Positions 8,701 through 19,121 of a DNA stretch of 64,000 nucleotides are shown here, one piece after another (the stretch's first letter is position 1; each line of letters starts with the position of its first letter). Below the pieces are notes generated by a model. The model was not told the DNA's origin. It did not search any database and saw only the letters and a program-made list of their open reading frames with translations. A program made the position numbers and the translations under genes. Source of the stretch: Patescibacteria group bacterium (GTDB taxonomy: Bacteria > Patescibacteriota > Minisyncoccia > RBG-13-40-8-A); contig JAZDGD010000007.1 in the NCBI GenBank assembly GCA_043807255.1, positions 17,069-81,068 on the forward strand. Reading direction: 5' to 3'.

Positions 8701-9772
8701 TCAGTCTTGGCAACAAAATTATAAATCAGAGCTCGAAAAAATCGCGCCAATTTTAGATAATTTAAATATTGTTCTGGATAGATCACAGGTACATGTGAGC
8801 GGAGAACGTTATTACACTAATAATAAAAAATTAGTACTCATTGGCGAAGATGTTAAAAACAAAAAGCGCGTTGCAATTAAGATGGGATTAGATCTCGATT
8901 CCATTAATGAGATACTCGTTGAAAAAAAATGTCGCGAAGTTTTAAAAAAGATAAATTTTGCTTCACACGTTTTTCTCTCTCCGGAAGAAGTATTCTTCGT
9001 CAACAAATCGGATTTTGTAGTTTTTATAACTGCATACGTCGAACAGGAATGTACGTTTTTAGAAAGACCAATGCAAGAACAATTTTTTCTTGCTCTTAAA
9101 ACATTCGAAGCACAAGAGGGGCTACATGCAACAACCTATGAACATGCAAATGTTATTAGTAAAATATTTGGAATTTGGGACGCCAAAAATTACTTAAAAA
9201 CCTTCGATGTTTATAGAAACGAAATCGTTTCGAAATTACCAGGAAACAATAAATTAAAAACACTTCTCACCGAAACGTTTGGTTTTTTAAACAAAAATTC
9301 CGAAATCATTAATCTCTATTCTGGATTTCTAGTACATTGGGACTTTGTTCCACACAATATTCGCGTAGTAGGTCGTGATGTTTATTTTTTGGACCATTCA
9401 TCGATGCGTTTCGGAAACAAACATGAAAGTTGGGCAAGATTCATAAATTTTATGACTCTTTATAATCCGGAACTAGAAAGAGCCCTTATCGAATATATAA
9501 AAAATAATCGTAGCCAAGAAGAAACATTGTCGCTACAATTGATGCGTATTTTTCGTTTAACGGAACTGATAAAGTATTATGTTTCTACCCTTGGAAATTT
9601 ATCTGGAAATATTCTCACTTTAAACAAAAAACGCATTGATTTTTGGGGCAATGCGCTTGAAGCGGTATTACATAATCAATTAATGCGTAAAGAAATAATT
9701 GACGAATATAAAACTACGCGCGATTCACTTCGTAGCGATGACGAAAAGCAAAGACAAAAAAATCTACATTAA
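8681..9772 (+). CDS. protein-kinase-like (APH/choline-kinase fold) phosphotransferase
   Basis: RVAIKMG (beta3 Lys), an HWDFVPHN catalytic loop (HxDxxxxN) and a downstream FLDHS (DFG-like) motif. Confidence 0.5.
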   Translation: MSTEQNNQSWQQNYKSELEKIAPILDNLNIVLDRSQVHVSGERYYTNNKKLVLIGEDVKNKKRVAIKMGLDLDSINEILVEKKCREVLKKINFASHVFLSPEEVFFVNKSDFVVFITAYVEQECTFLERPMQEQFFLALKTFEAQEGLHATTYEHANVISKIFGIWDAKNYLKTFDVYRNEIVSKLPGNNKLKTLLTETFGFLNKNSEIINLYSGFLVHWDFVPHNIRVVGRDVYFLDHSSMRFGNKHESWARFINFMTLYNPELERALIEYIKNNRSQEETLSLQLMRIFRLTELIKYYVSTLGNLSGNILTLNKKRIDFWGNALEAVLHNQLMRKEIIDEYKTTRDSLRSDDEKQRQKNLH

Positions 9773-9775
9773 ATT

Positions 9776-10327
9776 TTATTGAGTTTTTCGCATTTGCTCC
9801 ATAAGTCTTTCGTATTCGTCTATCAAGGGATGTGACCAAGTTTCTTTAAACATTTTCAACATCTCTTCTTCAAACCAAAGCTTTTCTTCTCTTTTGTTAC
9901 TAAATTTTTTCCAAACTTCTGGCCCAATCTGGCTGTAGGTAAAAAGCAAATCTTCCATATTATGAATTTTGTCCGCAATTGAAATCGCTTTCGCCTCATC
10001 AGAACCATTTCGAACCGTTTCCACATATTTAATCTTTTTATCTCTCCATGACAAAGTATCATCGTTCGTAACCATTTTGACCATATCCACAACCTCGTTG
10101 CCCAGCTTATCTCTTAATTCTTGCTCGGTGACGTCCGTGTCTTCTAGGACATCGTGGACTAGAGCAGCAGCAATTACGGCGTCAGAAAAATTATATTTCA
10201 CAAGCTTCATCGCGACTATAAATGGATGAACAACGTAAGGCGAACCATCGTTCTTACGTTTTTGATTTACGTGAGCAATCACCGCGATTCTCGTTGCTTT
10301 TTCAATTAAACCAAGTTCTTGATTCAT
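9776..10327 (-). CDS. HD-domain (p)ppGpp hydrolase-like protein (small alarmone hydrolase, RelA/SpoT-HD family)
   Basis: HPFIVA ... ALVHDVLEDT HD signature. Confidence 0.7.
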   Translation of the reverse strand: MNQELGLIEKATRIAVIAHVNQKRKNDGSPYVVHPFIVAMKLVKYNFSDAVIAAALVHDVLEDTDVTEQELRDKLGNEVVDMVKMVTNDDTLSWRDKKIKYVETVRNGSDEAKAISIADKIHNMEDLLFTYSQIGPEVWKKFSNKREEKLWFEEEMLKMFKETWSHPLIDEYERLMEQMRKTQ

Positions 10328-10344
10328 ATTTTTATAAAATTAAT

Positions 10345-11118
10345 TTAGACGTGAACATCGGGAAAAATATTTTCCACAATTGCTGATCCGTCGGGAGTTA
10401 TTGCTGCTGGATTTCCGGATTCTGTTGCCTCGTGAATTGCTTTAATGTCTTCTTTGGAAAGGATGCGTATTGTTTCTGATTTACTCATTTTATCAAAAAT
10501 TTCCTGTGGAACTTCCAAGGTGAATAATCGGAACAATCTAGCAGTTGGCATTCCCTTTCCACGTTCTGAGGTCTGTACTTTCCATTGGATTGGACTCACC
10601 GTAGATTCATATTCTGTAGAAATCTTGTCTTTTTCTTCTTCAGATACAATGCTCTTTAAATCTCCGATGACTTCTCTCATTGCATCTTCCTCAAATAATG
10701 GATTTTCTTTTTTAAAGAAGAAAGAAAGTACTTTTTCCATATATTGATTACGTTTTTCTGCTGCTTCTTTTTTTTGTTCTTCGGTGTCCCCAGAAAATTC
10801 TTGCATTTCTCTGGGAAGTTCAAGATTAAAACGAGCGTCGTCATTTTCTTCTGCCGGTCTTCCTTGTTTACCGAATTGAGCATTAAATTCTTTTATAAGC
10901 TCTTCTTTCCCTTCTGGCGTAACTTTAACTGCCCCACCCAATGCTTGAAATCTTGGATACTCTTTTCCGTCTTTTTTTAATGATTTATTACGCATTGCAA
11001 TAAAATGAGTCTCTCCAGTTTCTTTAATCCGACATTCGCGCACTAAATTATGAACCGATACATATATTTCTTTATACAGTCCTTCTGGAATTTTAATTGT
11101 TTCTTTTGATTCTTCCAT
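10345..11118 (-). CDS. hypothetical protein
   Basis: ORF only. Confidence 0.4.
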   Translation of the reverse strand: MEESKETIKIPEGLYKEIYVSVHNLVRECRIKETGETHFIAMRNKSLKKDGKEYPRFQALGGAVKVTPEGKEELIKEFNAQFGKQGRPAEENDDARFNLELPREMQEFSGDTEEQKKEAAEKRNQYMEKVLSFFFKKENPLFEEDAMREVIGDLKSIVSEEEKDKISTEYESTVSPIQWKVQTSERGKGMPTARLFRLFTLEVPQEIFDKMSKSETIRILSKEDIKAIHEATESGNPAAITPDGSAIVENIFPDVHV

Positions 11119-11129
11119 GTTTTTTGTTT

Positions 11130-12347
11130 TTAATTAATTTTTAAAATTCTATTAAATATTTTTTGTTGCATATCCTTGGCAACCATATCCCAGTTGTATT
11201 TATTAAATACCATTTCTCGGGCACGATCTGTAATCGCTTTAACTTTTTCTGGATGATCTAAAATGTCTTTTACTGCTTCGGCAATCTGTTCTGGCGAATC
11301 TTTGTCTACGGCCCAAGCGGTTGTCGGTTGATCTGGATTTCGTTTGGCATCAAAGATAAAGTCCGCGAGTCCGCCTTCTTGAGTTGCAACAACTGGTAAG
11401 CGCGATGCCATTGCCGAAAGAAATGCATTGCCAAGACCTTCTGATCTACTTGGGGCAACAAAAATATCAGATATCCTGCGATATTTGGTTACCTCGCTAC
11501 GATCGACGCGACCAGTAAATATAACTCTATTTTCTAATTTTAATTCTTTGGTGATGTCTTTTAATAATTTTTCGTCTTCTCCATCTCCGACAACTAAAAA
11601 TTTAACATTTTCTGGAAGCATTGGCAACGCACGAATCGTATCATCATTTGCTTTTTGATGCACAACACGTGCAGTATTAACAAGAAAGATTTCTCCTGAT
11701 TTTTTACCTACTTTCTTCTTGGTCTCTTCGAGTTCTGCCTCGGTAACATTGTCTGATAAATCACGTGGATTAGCACCATTGTGAATTAATTCTATTCTGT
11801 CTTCTTTGACACCCCTACGCTGCGCCCATTCCATAAGAAACACAGAAATTGGTTGAACAACATCGGCCTTTGTAAATGATCTCTTAAAGAAAAACCATAA
11901 AGGTTTTAGTTTCTTTTCAATGTGTTCTGGTGTTTTTCCCTCTTGCAGGGTTAGAGCATATCCTTTTCGAGGATAAAGCATTTTAAAAATTACCGCTGCG
12001 ATTCCTGCCGTATGCGCCATCATTGCCCAAATTCCATCATAATGATATTTTGCATTGAGAGAAATTGCCTTAAATGGAGCAAGAAACTGATATAACAATT
12101 TATTTAAATCAAGTGGCCACTTACCATAATCTTCGGCTGTCGGTTTTTTCTTGGTTATACCAATACGATGAACCAATACGTTTCCGAATTTCTCAATTTT
12201 AGGTAGGTCAGAATTAAACCTCGCTACAATCATGTGAAATTCAACATCGCTAGGGTTGATTCGGTCGGTGATTTCTTTTAATGCTCCATCGGAACCACCT
12301 ACGTATTCCGGATAATAGGTTAAAGAAAAAATAAGTATTTTTTTCAT
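11130..12347 (-). CDS. glycosyltransferase family 1
   Basis: EGLGNAFLSAMASRLPVVAT..GG motif typical of GT4. Confidence 0.75.
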   Translation of the reverse strand: MKKILIFSLTYYPEYVGGSDGALKEITDRINPSDVEFHMIVARFNSDLPKIEKFGNVLVHRIGITKKKPTAEDYGKWPLDLNKLLYQFLAPFKAISLNAKYHYDGIWAMMAHTAGIAAVIFKMLYPRKGYALTLQEGKTPEHIEKKLKPLWFFFKRSFTKADVVQPISVFLMEWAQRRGVKEDRIELIHNGANPRDLSDNVTEAELEETKKKVGKKSGEIFLVNTARVVHQKANDDTIRALPMLPENVKFLVVGDGEDEKLLKDITKELKLENRVIFTGRVDRSEVTKYRRISDIFVAPSRSEGLGNAFLSAMASRLPVVATQEGGLADFIFDAKRNPDQPTTAWAVDKDSPEQIAEAVKDILDHPEKVKAITDRAREMVFNKYNWDMVAKDMQQKIFNRILKIN

Positions 12348-12359
12348 ATTGCTTTAAAA

Positions 12360-13247
12360 TTATTTTTTATTAATTTTTATTAATTCAATGTATTGTTTAA
12401 GAGTTTTTGTTTGTCTCCATCCCAGTTTTTTGATCTTGTCCACATTAAATGCTCCAGTAGATCTGCTAGTTTTTGTGGCTGGCAACATTTTTAATCCGCA
12501 ATCAAACATTTTTGCTAAATCTAATAAAGAATAAACATCTTTACTACAAATACCATATTCATCACCTTGGCCCCTTTCTCCTATAAACATAATTCCATTG
12601 ACAGTGTCATCTACATGAGTAAACGCACGAGTTTGTGTGCCGGGTTTTCGCACTTCACACGGTTGATTATTTAAATAGCGCTGTTTAAATGTCTCCACAA
12701 TCGTGCCATAACCACCATTAAACTGTCCTGCTCGTTCACGTGGACCATAAACATTAAAGAAATAAGTTATTGCATAATTTAACCCGTACCATTGAGCATA
12801 ATTACGCACGAGTTCAGTATTTATTGCTTTCGCCCAAGTGTAGGGAGCGATGTCCTTGCCATCAACCCCACTTCTCCCTTTGAAAAACTTTGTTGAAGAA
12901 CCGGCATATACAAGTTTACATTTCTTTTTACGCCAAAATTCTAACACTCCCAATGTACCATTAATATTTAAATCCCAAACTAATTCTGGTTCATTTAAAC
13001 TTGGAGCAACACGAGAATATTCTCCTAAATGATAAATAATATCAGGAGTTTCTGGTATATATTTTTCAATGTCTTTGGTGTGTCCTTCGCGATATTCTGC
13101 GCCTAAAACATGGTTTTCTTTTAGGCCAGTGAAATAATTATCGAGTGAAATAACCTTATTGTTTTTATCTCGTACGAGTTTCGCGATTAAATTGGAGCCG
13201 ATAAATCCCGCTCCGCCTGTGACTAAAATTGTTTTTTGTTTTTTCAT
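12360..13247 (-). CDS. NAD-dependent epimerase/dehydratase (UDP-glucuronate decarboxylase-like SDR)
   Basis: LVTGGAGFIGSNL Rossmann motif and LDNYFTG. Confidence 0.75.
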   Translation of the reverse strand: MKKQKTILVTGGAGFIGSNLIAKLVRDKNNKVISLDNYFTGLKENHVLGAEYREGHTKDIEKYIPETPDIIYHLGEYSRVAPSLNEPELVWDLNINGTLGVLEFWRKKKCKLVYAGSSTKFFKGRSGVDGKDIAPYTWAKAINTELVRNYAQWYGLNYAITYFFNVYGPRERAGQFNGGYGTIVETFKQRYLNNQPCEVRKPGTQTRAFTHVDDTVNGIMFIGERGQGDEYGICSKDVYSLLDLAKMFDCGLKMLPATKTSRSTGAFNVDKIKKLGWRQTKTLKQYIELIKINKK

Positions 13248-13287
13248 AAAATTAATTTATATTTTTGTTACAAATAGATATTTTCAT

Positions 13288-14118
13288 TTAGAGTTTTTTA
13301 CAAATAAACATTGACCATCCAATATCGCCTTTTTTCATAAACCCCCACGTTTTACGATATGCAAAAATTAATTTTTTATACGCCCCATGAAATTGCTTAT
13401 TTTTTCCTTTTTTAATTTTTTCTTCCAAAATATCAGCGAGTTTCCAATAACTCATTGCATAATGCCACGACATATCTTCGGCATAGATAATCCTAAAACC
13501 AAGTTTCTGAAGTTCTTGTTGGTATGAAACAAAATTAAAATTTGTGTTGAAAAGAAGTCGTTCATAAACTAGTTTTTCTGCTTCCTTGCTTACTACCTTA
13601 TTCGGTTTTATCAAATCATCAAAAATAAATACCCCATCCCTTTTTAAAACTCGAGCAATCTCCTTTAATACTTTTTTCTTGTTGTGCATATGATAAATTG
13701 CTGCCTGGCTCCATATATTGGAAAAAGTATTTTTCCCAAAAGGCAATTTCGTCGCCGATCCTTGAAAAAACCTAATTTTATCTTTTACTTTCTTGCTTTT
13801 TGTTAAAAGCACTTTCTTTGCATTTTCAATTCTGGTGTCGCTTAAATCAAGACCTACAACCTTCGCATCAGTTTTTTCGTTAATAAAGAAAGAATTATTG
13901 CCATTTCCGCAACCCAGGTCCAGCACACTGGATTTATTATCAATCTGTGAGAGTTTAAGCATCTTTTTATTGAGCTCCATCATCGATTCTAAAAACGAAA
14001 TGTTTTTATTGGAAAAATAACCCCAGTGACAATTGCCCTGTTTGTCCCAAAAAGAACGATAAATTATATCATCGCTATTATAAAAATCTCTTGTTTGTCT
14101 CTCAGTGAATTTCTGCAT
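13288..14118 (-). CDS. class I SAM-dependent methyltransferase
   Basis: VLDLGCGNG motif I. Confidence 0.7.
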   Translation of the reverse strand: MQKFTERQTRDFYNSDDIIYRSFWDKQGNCHWGYFSNKNISFLESMMELNKKMLKLSQIDNKSSVLDLGCGNGNNSFFINEKTDAKVVGLDLSDTRIENAKKVLLTKSKKVKDKIRFFQGSATKLPFGKNTFSNIWSQAAIYHMHNKKKVLKEIARVLKRDGVFIFDDLIKPNKVVSKEAEKLVYERLLFNTNFNFVSYQQELQKLGFRIIYAEDMSWHYAMSYWKLADILEEKIKKGKNKQFHGAYKKLIFAYRKTWGFMKKGDIGWSMFICKKL

Positions 14119-14298
14119 ATTTTTTTATTAATTTAATAAAATCTGGTGCTTGCACCGCGAAGCTCTGAGGTTTTCCGAAGAGCGAAGTGGTGGACTTAGG
14201 CAGAATCCCCGCCTGCAACGCCTTGCGTAGCAATGGCGGGCAGGGAACTCGCCGTCTCAGCAACCTGCCTACCGGCAGGCAGGCTGCCGTCTTGTTAT

Positions 14299-14369
14299 TG
14301 GACTTAGCGGGAATCGAACCCACGTTTCGTCAATGCGAATGACGCGTATTACCACTATACTATAAGCCC
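14299..14369 (-). tRNA. tRNA-Ala (anticodon CGC), no encoded CCA
   Basis: A cloverleaf was derived by hand. The acceptor stem is GGGCTTA/TAAGTCC with the G3:U70 Ala identity pair, the anticodon loop is TTCGCAT and the T-loop is TTCGATT. Confidence 0.85.
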
Positions 14370-14372
14370 GAA

Positions 14373-15620
14373 TTATTCGTGACGCAAGGCCTCGATTGGA
14401 TTTAATTTTGATGCTTTCTTTGCTGGATAGATGCCGAATACCAGGCCAATCACAGTTGCCACTCCAAGCGAAAGAATAACAGCTCCAATTGGAATTGTAA
14501 ATCCCCAATTTGTTTTCAAAGCACTCGTTAAAACAATTGATGCGCCAAATGAGAACAATGTCCCACCTAAAAATCCAATAATGCCACCAAGCAAAGTTAA
14601 GGTTACTGCCTCAAACAAAAATTGATTCATAATATCTTTATTTCTTGCACCAACTGCCTTTCTTAAACCAATTTCTCTGGTTCTTTCTGTTACCGAAACC
14701 AACATAATATTCATAATTCCAATTCCGCCCACAACCAAAGCAATCGCCGCAATTGAAGACAAAAACGCAGTTAAAATTCCCGTAATCTGCGTTAACATTC
14801 CCGCTGTTTCGACTTGACTCATCGCCTTAAAATCGTCTTTTGCCAAATCTCCTTCAGGATTATAAATATTATGATTTTCTCTCAAAATGATTCTAATACT
14901 ATCTACGACTTGATTAATTAATTTCTCGCTTTTTGCTTTAACCATAATTGCATTCAAATAATCTGTCCCCAGCAAAAGTTTTTGCACGGTCGTATAAGGG
15001 AGATAAGCATAATCATCAAAAGTTTGAAAAACTTGCCCACCCTTTTCCTCTAAAACACCAACCACTTTTAGATTAAGCTTGCCCAATCCAACTGATTGTC
15101 CAATTGGATCATCTTCGCCAAATAAATCGCTTGCTAACTTGTGTCCCAAAACTATAACCCGTGCCATTCCCTTTATGTCGTCTTCATTAATACCGCGACC
15201 ACTAAAAATAGATAAATTACTAATATCAAACGAATCCGCACTTCCTCCCATATAAGTAATTTTTTTATCTTCATTCAAAGAGGAAATTCTTCCTGTTCCA
15301 TAAACCATCATTGCAACTTTTTCCACATTCGGGTCTTTAGCAATGGCGATGGCATCCTTTTCTTTTAAACTTTTTTGACTTAATTGATCTATCGCTTGTT
15401 GAGAAAAAGAACCCTGCGGAGAACCAGGTTCTATAAAAATATTATTTGAACCCATTGAAGAAATTTGCCCAACAATTAAATTTTGTGCACCACCGCCCAA
15501 AGACATCATCAAAATTACCGAACCAACACCAATGATAATGCCCAGCATAGTTAATGTTGACCGCATTTTGTTGGTTTTAAGCGTATTAAATGATATTTTG
15601 ATAGATTCTAATAATTTCAT
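14373..15620 (-). CDS. macB: ABC transporter permease, MacB/FtsX family
   Basis: One N-terminal TM, a large periplasmic domain, three C-terminal TMs and an FtsX-like C-terminus. Confidence 0.8.
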   Translation of the reverse strand: MKLLESIKISFNTLKTNKMRSTLTMLGIIIGVGSVILMMSLGGGAQNLIVGQISSMGSNNIFIEPGSPQGSFSQQAIDQLSQKSLKEKDAIAIAKDPNVEKVAMMVYGTGRISSLNEDKKITYMGGSADSFDISNLSIFSGRGINEDDIKGMARVIVLGHKLASDLFGEDDPIGQSVGLGKLNLKVVGVLEEKGGQVFQTFDDYAYLPYTTVQKLLLGTDYLNAIMVKAKSEKLINQVVDSIRIILRENHNIYNPEGDLAKDDFKAMSQVETAGMLTQITGILTAFLSSIAAIALVVGGIGIMNIMLVSVTERTREIGLRKAVGARNKDIMNQFLFEAVTLTLLGGIIGFLGGTLFSFGASIVLTSALKTNWGFTIPIGAVILSLGVATVIGLVFGIYPAKKASKLNPIEALRHE

Positions 15621-15626
15621 AACAAT

Positions 15627-16337
15627 TTATTTTAAAAATCCTTCTCTCGCAATCTTCCTATTTATTACTTGACTATCTTCAATTATTTTACCATCCTTGA
15701 GACGAATTATTCTTTTTGCCATCTCCGCCGTATAAAGTTCGTGTGTAACCAAAATAATTGTATGGCCTTTTTCGTTTAAGTCTTGCAAAATCTCCATAAT
15801 TTGTTGACCGGACTTACTATCTAAATTTCCCGTTGGCTCGTCAGCAAAAATAACCGAAGGATTATTTACAATTGCACGTGCAATTGCCACTCTTTGTTGT
15901 TCTCCGCCCGATAATTGATTTGATAAATGTTTTATTCTGTGTGAAAGTCCAACTGCATTGATTGCATCGATTGCGCGTTGCTTTTTTTCTTCTTCGTGAA
16001 TTTTCGTATAAATTAAAGGAAGTTTTACATTATCAAAGACCGACGTACGCGGAAGTAAATTAAAAAATTGGAAAATAAATCCCAATTTATTATTGCGCAC
16101 AAATGCTAGTTGGTCATCATTTAATTCTTCAATGCCTTGACCTTCAAATTTAAAGATTCCTGAACTTGGTCTGTCTAAAAAACCCATAATATGCATTAAA
16201 GTTGATTTCCCTGAGCCAGATGGGCCCATAATTGCTACAAACTCTCCTTTCTGAATATTAAAAGAAACTCCGTCTAGAGCAATTGTTTTCATCTCTCCGT
16301 CACAATATTCTTTTCGCAAATCTTTTACCTCAATCAT
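15627..16337 (-). CDS. ABC transporter ATP-binding protein (MacB/LolD-like)
   Basis: Walker [13 protein letters not shown] signature [14 protein letters not shown] and Walker B FADEPT. Confidence 0.9.
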   Translation of the reverse strand: MIEVKDLRKEYCDGEMKTIALDGVSFNIQKGEFVAIMGPSGSGKSTLMHIMGFLDRPSSGIFKFEGQGIEELNDDQLAFVRNNKLGFIFQFFNLLPRTSVFDNVKLPLIYTKIHEEEKKQRAIDAINAVGLSHRIKHLSNQLSGGEQQRVAIARAIVNNPSVIFADEPTGNLDSKSGQQIMEILQDLNEKGHTIILVTHELYTAEMAKRIIRLKDGKIIEDSQVINRKIAREGFLK

Positions 16338-17965
16338 TTCCCATTTTTCATATACGTAATTATTTCCTCTCCTTCAATTAAACCACTTATGATTTCAACT
16401 TCTCCCTGACTACCGCGCAATCCAGTAACAACTTCTTTTTCAACAACATTCTTCCCATCTAAAATTCTTACATATTTCTTTCCATTTTTAGAAATTACTG
16501 CTCGTTGTGGAACATTCAAAACGTTATCTTTTTCTTCGGTCTGAATTGTCGCGTCTCCGGACATTCCTGATTTTATCTTCGTGTTATCTCCTTCGAATAA
16601 AATTTTAATCTTATAATAAACAACTCCATCAATTATAGTTTTGCCAGAATCCATTTCTATAATTTGCCCTGAATATGTTTCTTCAGAAATAGCGTCCAGA
16701 GTTATCTCCACTAAATCATCCGGACTTACTTTAGAAATATCGGTTTCTGGTACATCGATTTTAATTTGTAAACCCTTAGGATTAATTAACGTAACAATAA
16801 TTTTTTCCGTATTAATTGTTTCGCCAATTTTTGCGTCTATTTTCGCTACCACGCCATCAAATGGAGCAATAATTGAAGCATCTCTTAGTTTGGTCGTGTA
16901 TTCCGTTAAATTTGCTTTATATCTATCAACATCTGTTTGATAAACAGCAATATCAACTTCACGTGGTTTAGCGATTAATTTATCCAAATCAACTTTTGCC
17001 TTATTGTATGTATTTTCTGCGGAGTTAACATTGATCTGGTTAGTAATTTTTTGATTGGCAATTTCGGTTTGAGAATTGGAAACGTTCAAAAACACGGAAT
17101 TAATTTCTCCTGAATCGGTAGTTATTGTGGTTTTATCAGTCACAGAAACCGTTTGCCCAAACGAAGAATCACTAAAAGATGTTTTAACATAATCCAAGAC
17201 GTCTGACGTCTTTTGTAGCGCAATCCACATCTTAGACAACGCTAAATCAATATTTTCTTGAGTTGGATTATCGGTAGCGATTTCAATTAGTTCTTGTGCT
17301 CCCTTGGTGCTCATGACCCCTAAAAATGCATCTTCTGCTTGGCCCTGTTTCTCAATAAACGTTCGAGAAAAACTATTAACGCCATTAAAATATAATTTTT
17401 CTATATCTTGTAAATCAGTGATTGATTTATTGCATTTGCTAGAAGCACCAATTAAATAAACCAAGCCAGAACCATAGTCTTGATTTAAGTCATTTTCTGC
17501 CTTGTCCCGAGCATCGTCGAGAGATTTTGCTGCATTTTCCAAAACTTGCTCACCAACCTTAATTTCTTCGTTGCTTACACCCGCCAACAACTGATCTAAC
17601 TTTGCCTTTGCTTGATTATAGCTTGCTTGTACTTGTAAGTATTGACTATAAATGGTTCCCGAATCCAAGCTTACTAAATATGCTCCCTTTTTAACATTTT
17701 CGCCAACTTTTGTAAAAATTTTTTCTACTGTGCCTGTTGTTTTAAATTTTAAATCAATTTCATTTGTTGATTCCACTGTTCCGTTGGCAGAAATTTCTTG
17801 AATTACGTTTGATCTGACAACTTTTCCCAATTCATAAACCGGTTTTTTGGGTTTTAAAATTGGAATTAAAATTAAAATAATTATAATTAAAATAACGCCA
17901 AGGATTATCTTGGTTTTTTTGCTCATTGCCTTTATTTTTTGTAGTATTTTTTTAATTGTATTCAT
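16334..17965 (-). CDS. HlyD/MacA-family periplasmic adaptor (membrane fusion protein)
   Basis: An N-terminal TM, a long coiled-coil and beta-barrel/lipoyl-like segments. It is operon-linked to the ABC pair. Confidence 0.7.
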   Translation of the reverse strand: MNTIKKILQKIKAMSKKTKIILGVILIIIILILIPILKPKKPVYELGKVVRSNVIQEISANGTVESTNEIDLKFKTTGTVEKIFTKVGENVKKGAYLVSLDSGTIYSQYLQVQASYNQAKAKLDQLLAGVSNEEIKVGEQVLENAAKSLDDARDKAENDLNQDYGSGLVYLIGASSKCNKSITDLQDIEKLYFNGVNSFSRTFIEKQGQAEDAFLGVMSTKGAQELIEIATDNPTQENIDLALSKMWIALQKTSDVLDYVKTSFSDSSFGQTVSVTDKTTITTDSGEINSVFLNVSNSQTEIANQKITNQINVNSAENTYNKAKVDLDKLIAKPREVDIAVYQTDVDRYKANLTEYTTKLRDASIIAPFDGVVAKIDAKIGETINTEKIIVTLINPKGLQIKIDVPETDISKVSPDDLVEITLDAISEETYSGQIIEMDSGKTIIDGVVYYKIKILFEGDNTKIKSGMSGDATIQTEEKDNVLNVPQRAVISKNGKKYVRILDGKNVVEKEVVTGLRGSQGEVEIISGLIEGEEIITYMKNGK

Positions 17966-18101
17966 AGTACAGGTATTATAAACTATTTTTTAAAAAAAGA
18001 AAAGAGCGAAAATTTGACACAACAATTTATTATGCTAAAATTAAATTAAGAGCGAGATTTAAAAATGAATACGATTTGACTGAAAATTAATTCCAATTCC
18101 C

Positions 18102-19094
18102 ATGCTACTAAAAAGCAGGCGGAATTTTTATTTATCCAAAATTGAAATGCTTACGAACAAATTAACCCCATATTTACAAAAATTAACCAAAACTTGCCCA
18201 GCAATCAAGCGCCAATTTGTTTACTCAAAACAAGAAAATTTATCTAAAAATAAAGATAAAAAATCAACATTTATTGACCCATTAATGGAGGAGAAATATA
18301 CTGTTGTGCGTGGGTTGATTCACAAATATGATAATCGTGCCCTGATCTTATTAACCCTAAATTGTGCTGCCTATTGTAGATTTTGTACTAGACGCAGAAA
18401 GGTTTCTGATATAAAAAATGGCCTATTATCAGACGAGGACATAAACAATATTGTCGCTTACATTAAAAAACATTCTGAGATTAAAGAAATTATCCTTTCC
18501 GGCGGAGATCCGTTAACCGTGCCCGTTCTATTACAAAAATTATTATTAAAACTTTCTAAACTTTCGCAAATCAAAATTATTAGAATTGGTACTCGTTTGC
18601 CTGTCGCTGACCCTCAAAAAATAAATTCAAAACTAATTAATATTTTAAAAGTCATAAAAAATAAAACTGTATACATTTTAATTCATTTTGAGCATCCCAA
18701 AGAAATTACCAAACAAACAATTATTGCTGTAAACAAATTAAAACAAGTTTCAACAATGCTTTTATCTCAATCGGTATTTTTAAAAAATGTTAATGATTCA
18801 TTTGATACGCTCTATGAACTTTTTTCTCAGTTAATTGAAATTGAGGTTAAGCCATACTATTTATATCATTGTGATCCAGTTAAGGGCGCTGAGCATTTTA
18901 TTGTTGATTTCAAAAAAGAAATAAAAATTGTTACCGAATTACGAAAAGAATTAAGTGGATTAGCATTTCCAACATATATTATTGATGCACCCAACGGTGC
19001 AGGCAAAATTCCTGTACCCCTGGAATTCTGGAAATTCGATTCAGACAAATACAAAGATTTTAACGGCAAAATCTTACGAGGTTTAACCTCGTAA
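18102..19094 (+). CDS. KamA-family radical SAM protein (lysine 2,3-aminomutase / EpmB-like)
   Basis: CAAYCRFC (CxxxCxxC) and SGGDPL. The size matches EpmB. Confidence 0.75.
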   Translation: MLLKSRRNFYLSKIEMLTNKLTPYLQKLTKTCPAIKRQFVYSKQENLSKNKDKKSTFIDPLMEEKYTVVRGLIHKYDNRALILLTLNCAAYCRFCTRRRKVSDIKNGLLSDEDINNIVAYIKKHSEIKEIILSGGDPLTVPVLLQKLLLKLSKLSQIKIIRIGTRLPVADPQKINSKLINILKVIKNKTVYILIHFEHPKEITKQTIIAVNKLKQVSTMLLSQSVFLKNVNDSFDTLYELFSQLIEIEVKPYYLYHCDPVKGAEHFIVDFKKEIKIVTELRKELSGLAFPTYIIDAPNGAGKIPVPLEFWKFDSDKYKDFNGKILRGLTS

Positions 19095-19121
19095 GATTTT
19101 GCATTTAAGTTCGAATTCATA

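Noticed and set aside
14299-14369. Possibility that the G3:U70 tRNA-like sequence plus the GC-rich flank is a tmRNA
   Set aside because: A complete cloverleaf with D, anticodon (CGC) and T arms is present, so it is a genuine tRNA-Ala. No tag-peptide ORF or pseudoknots were identified.
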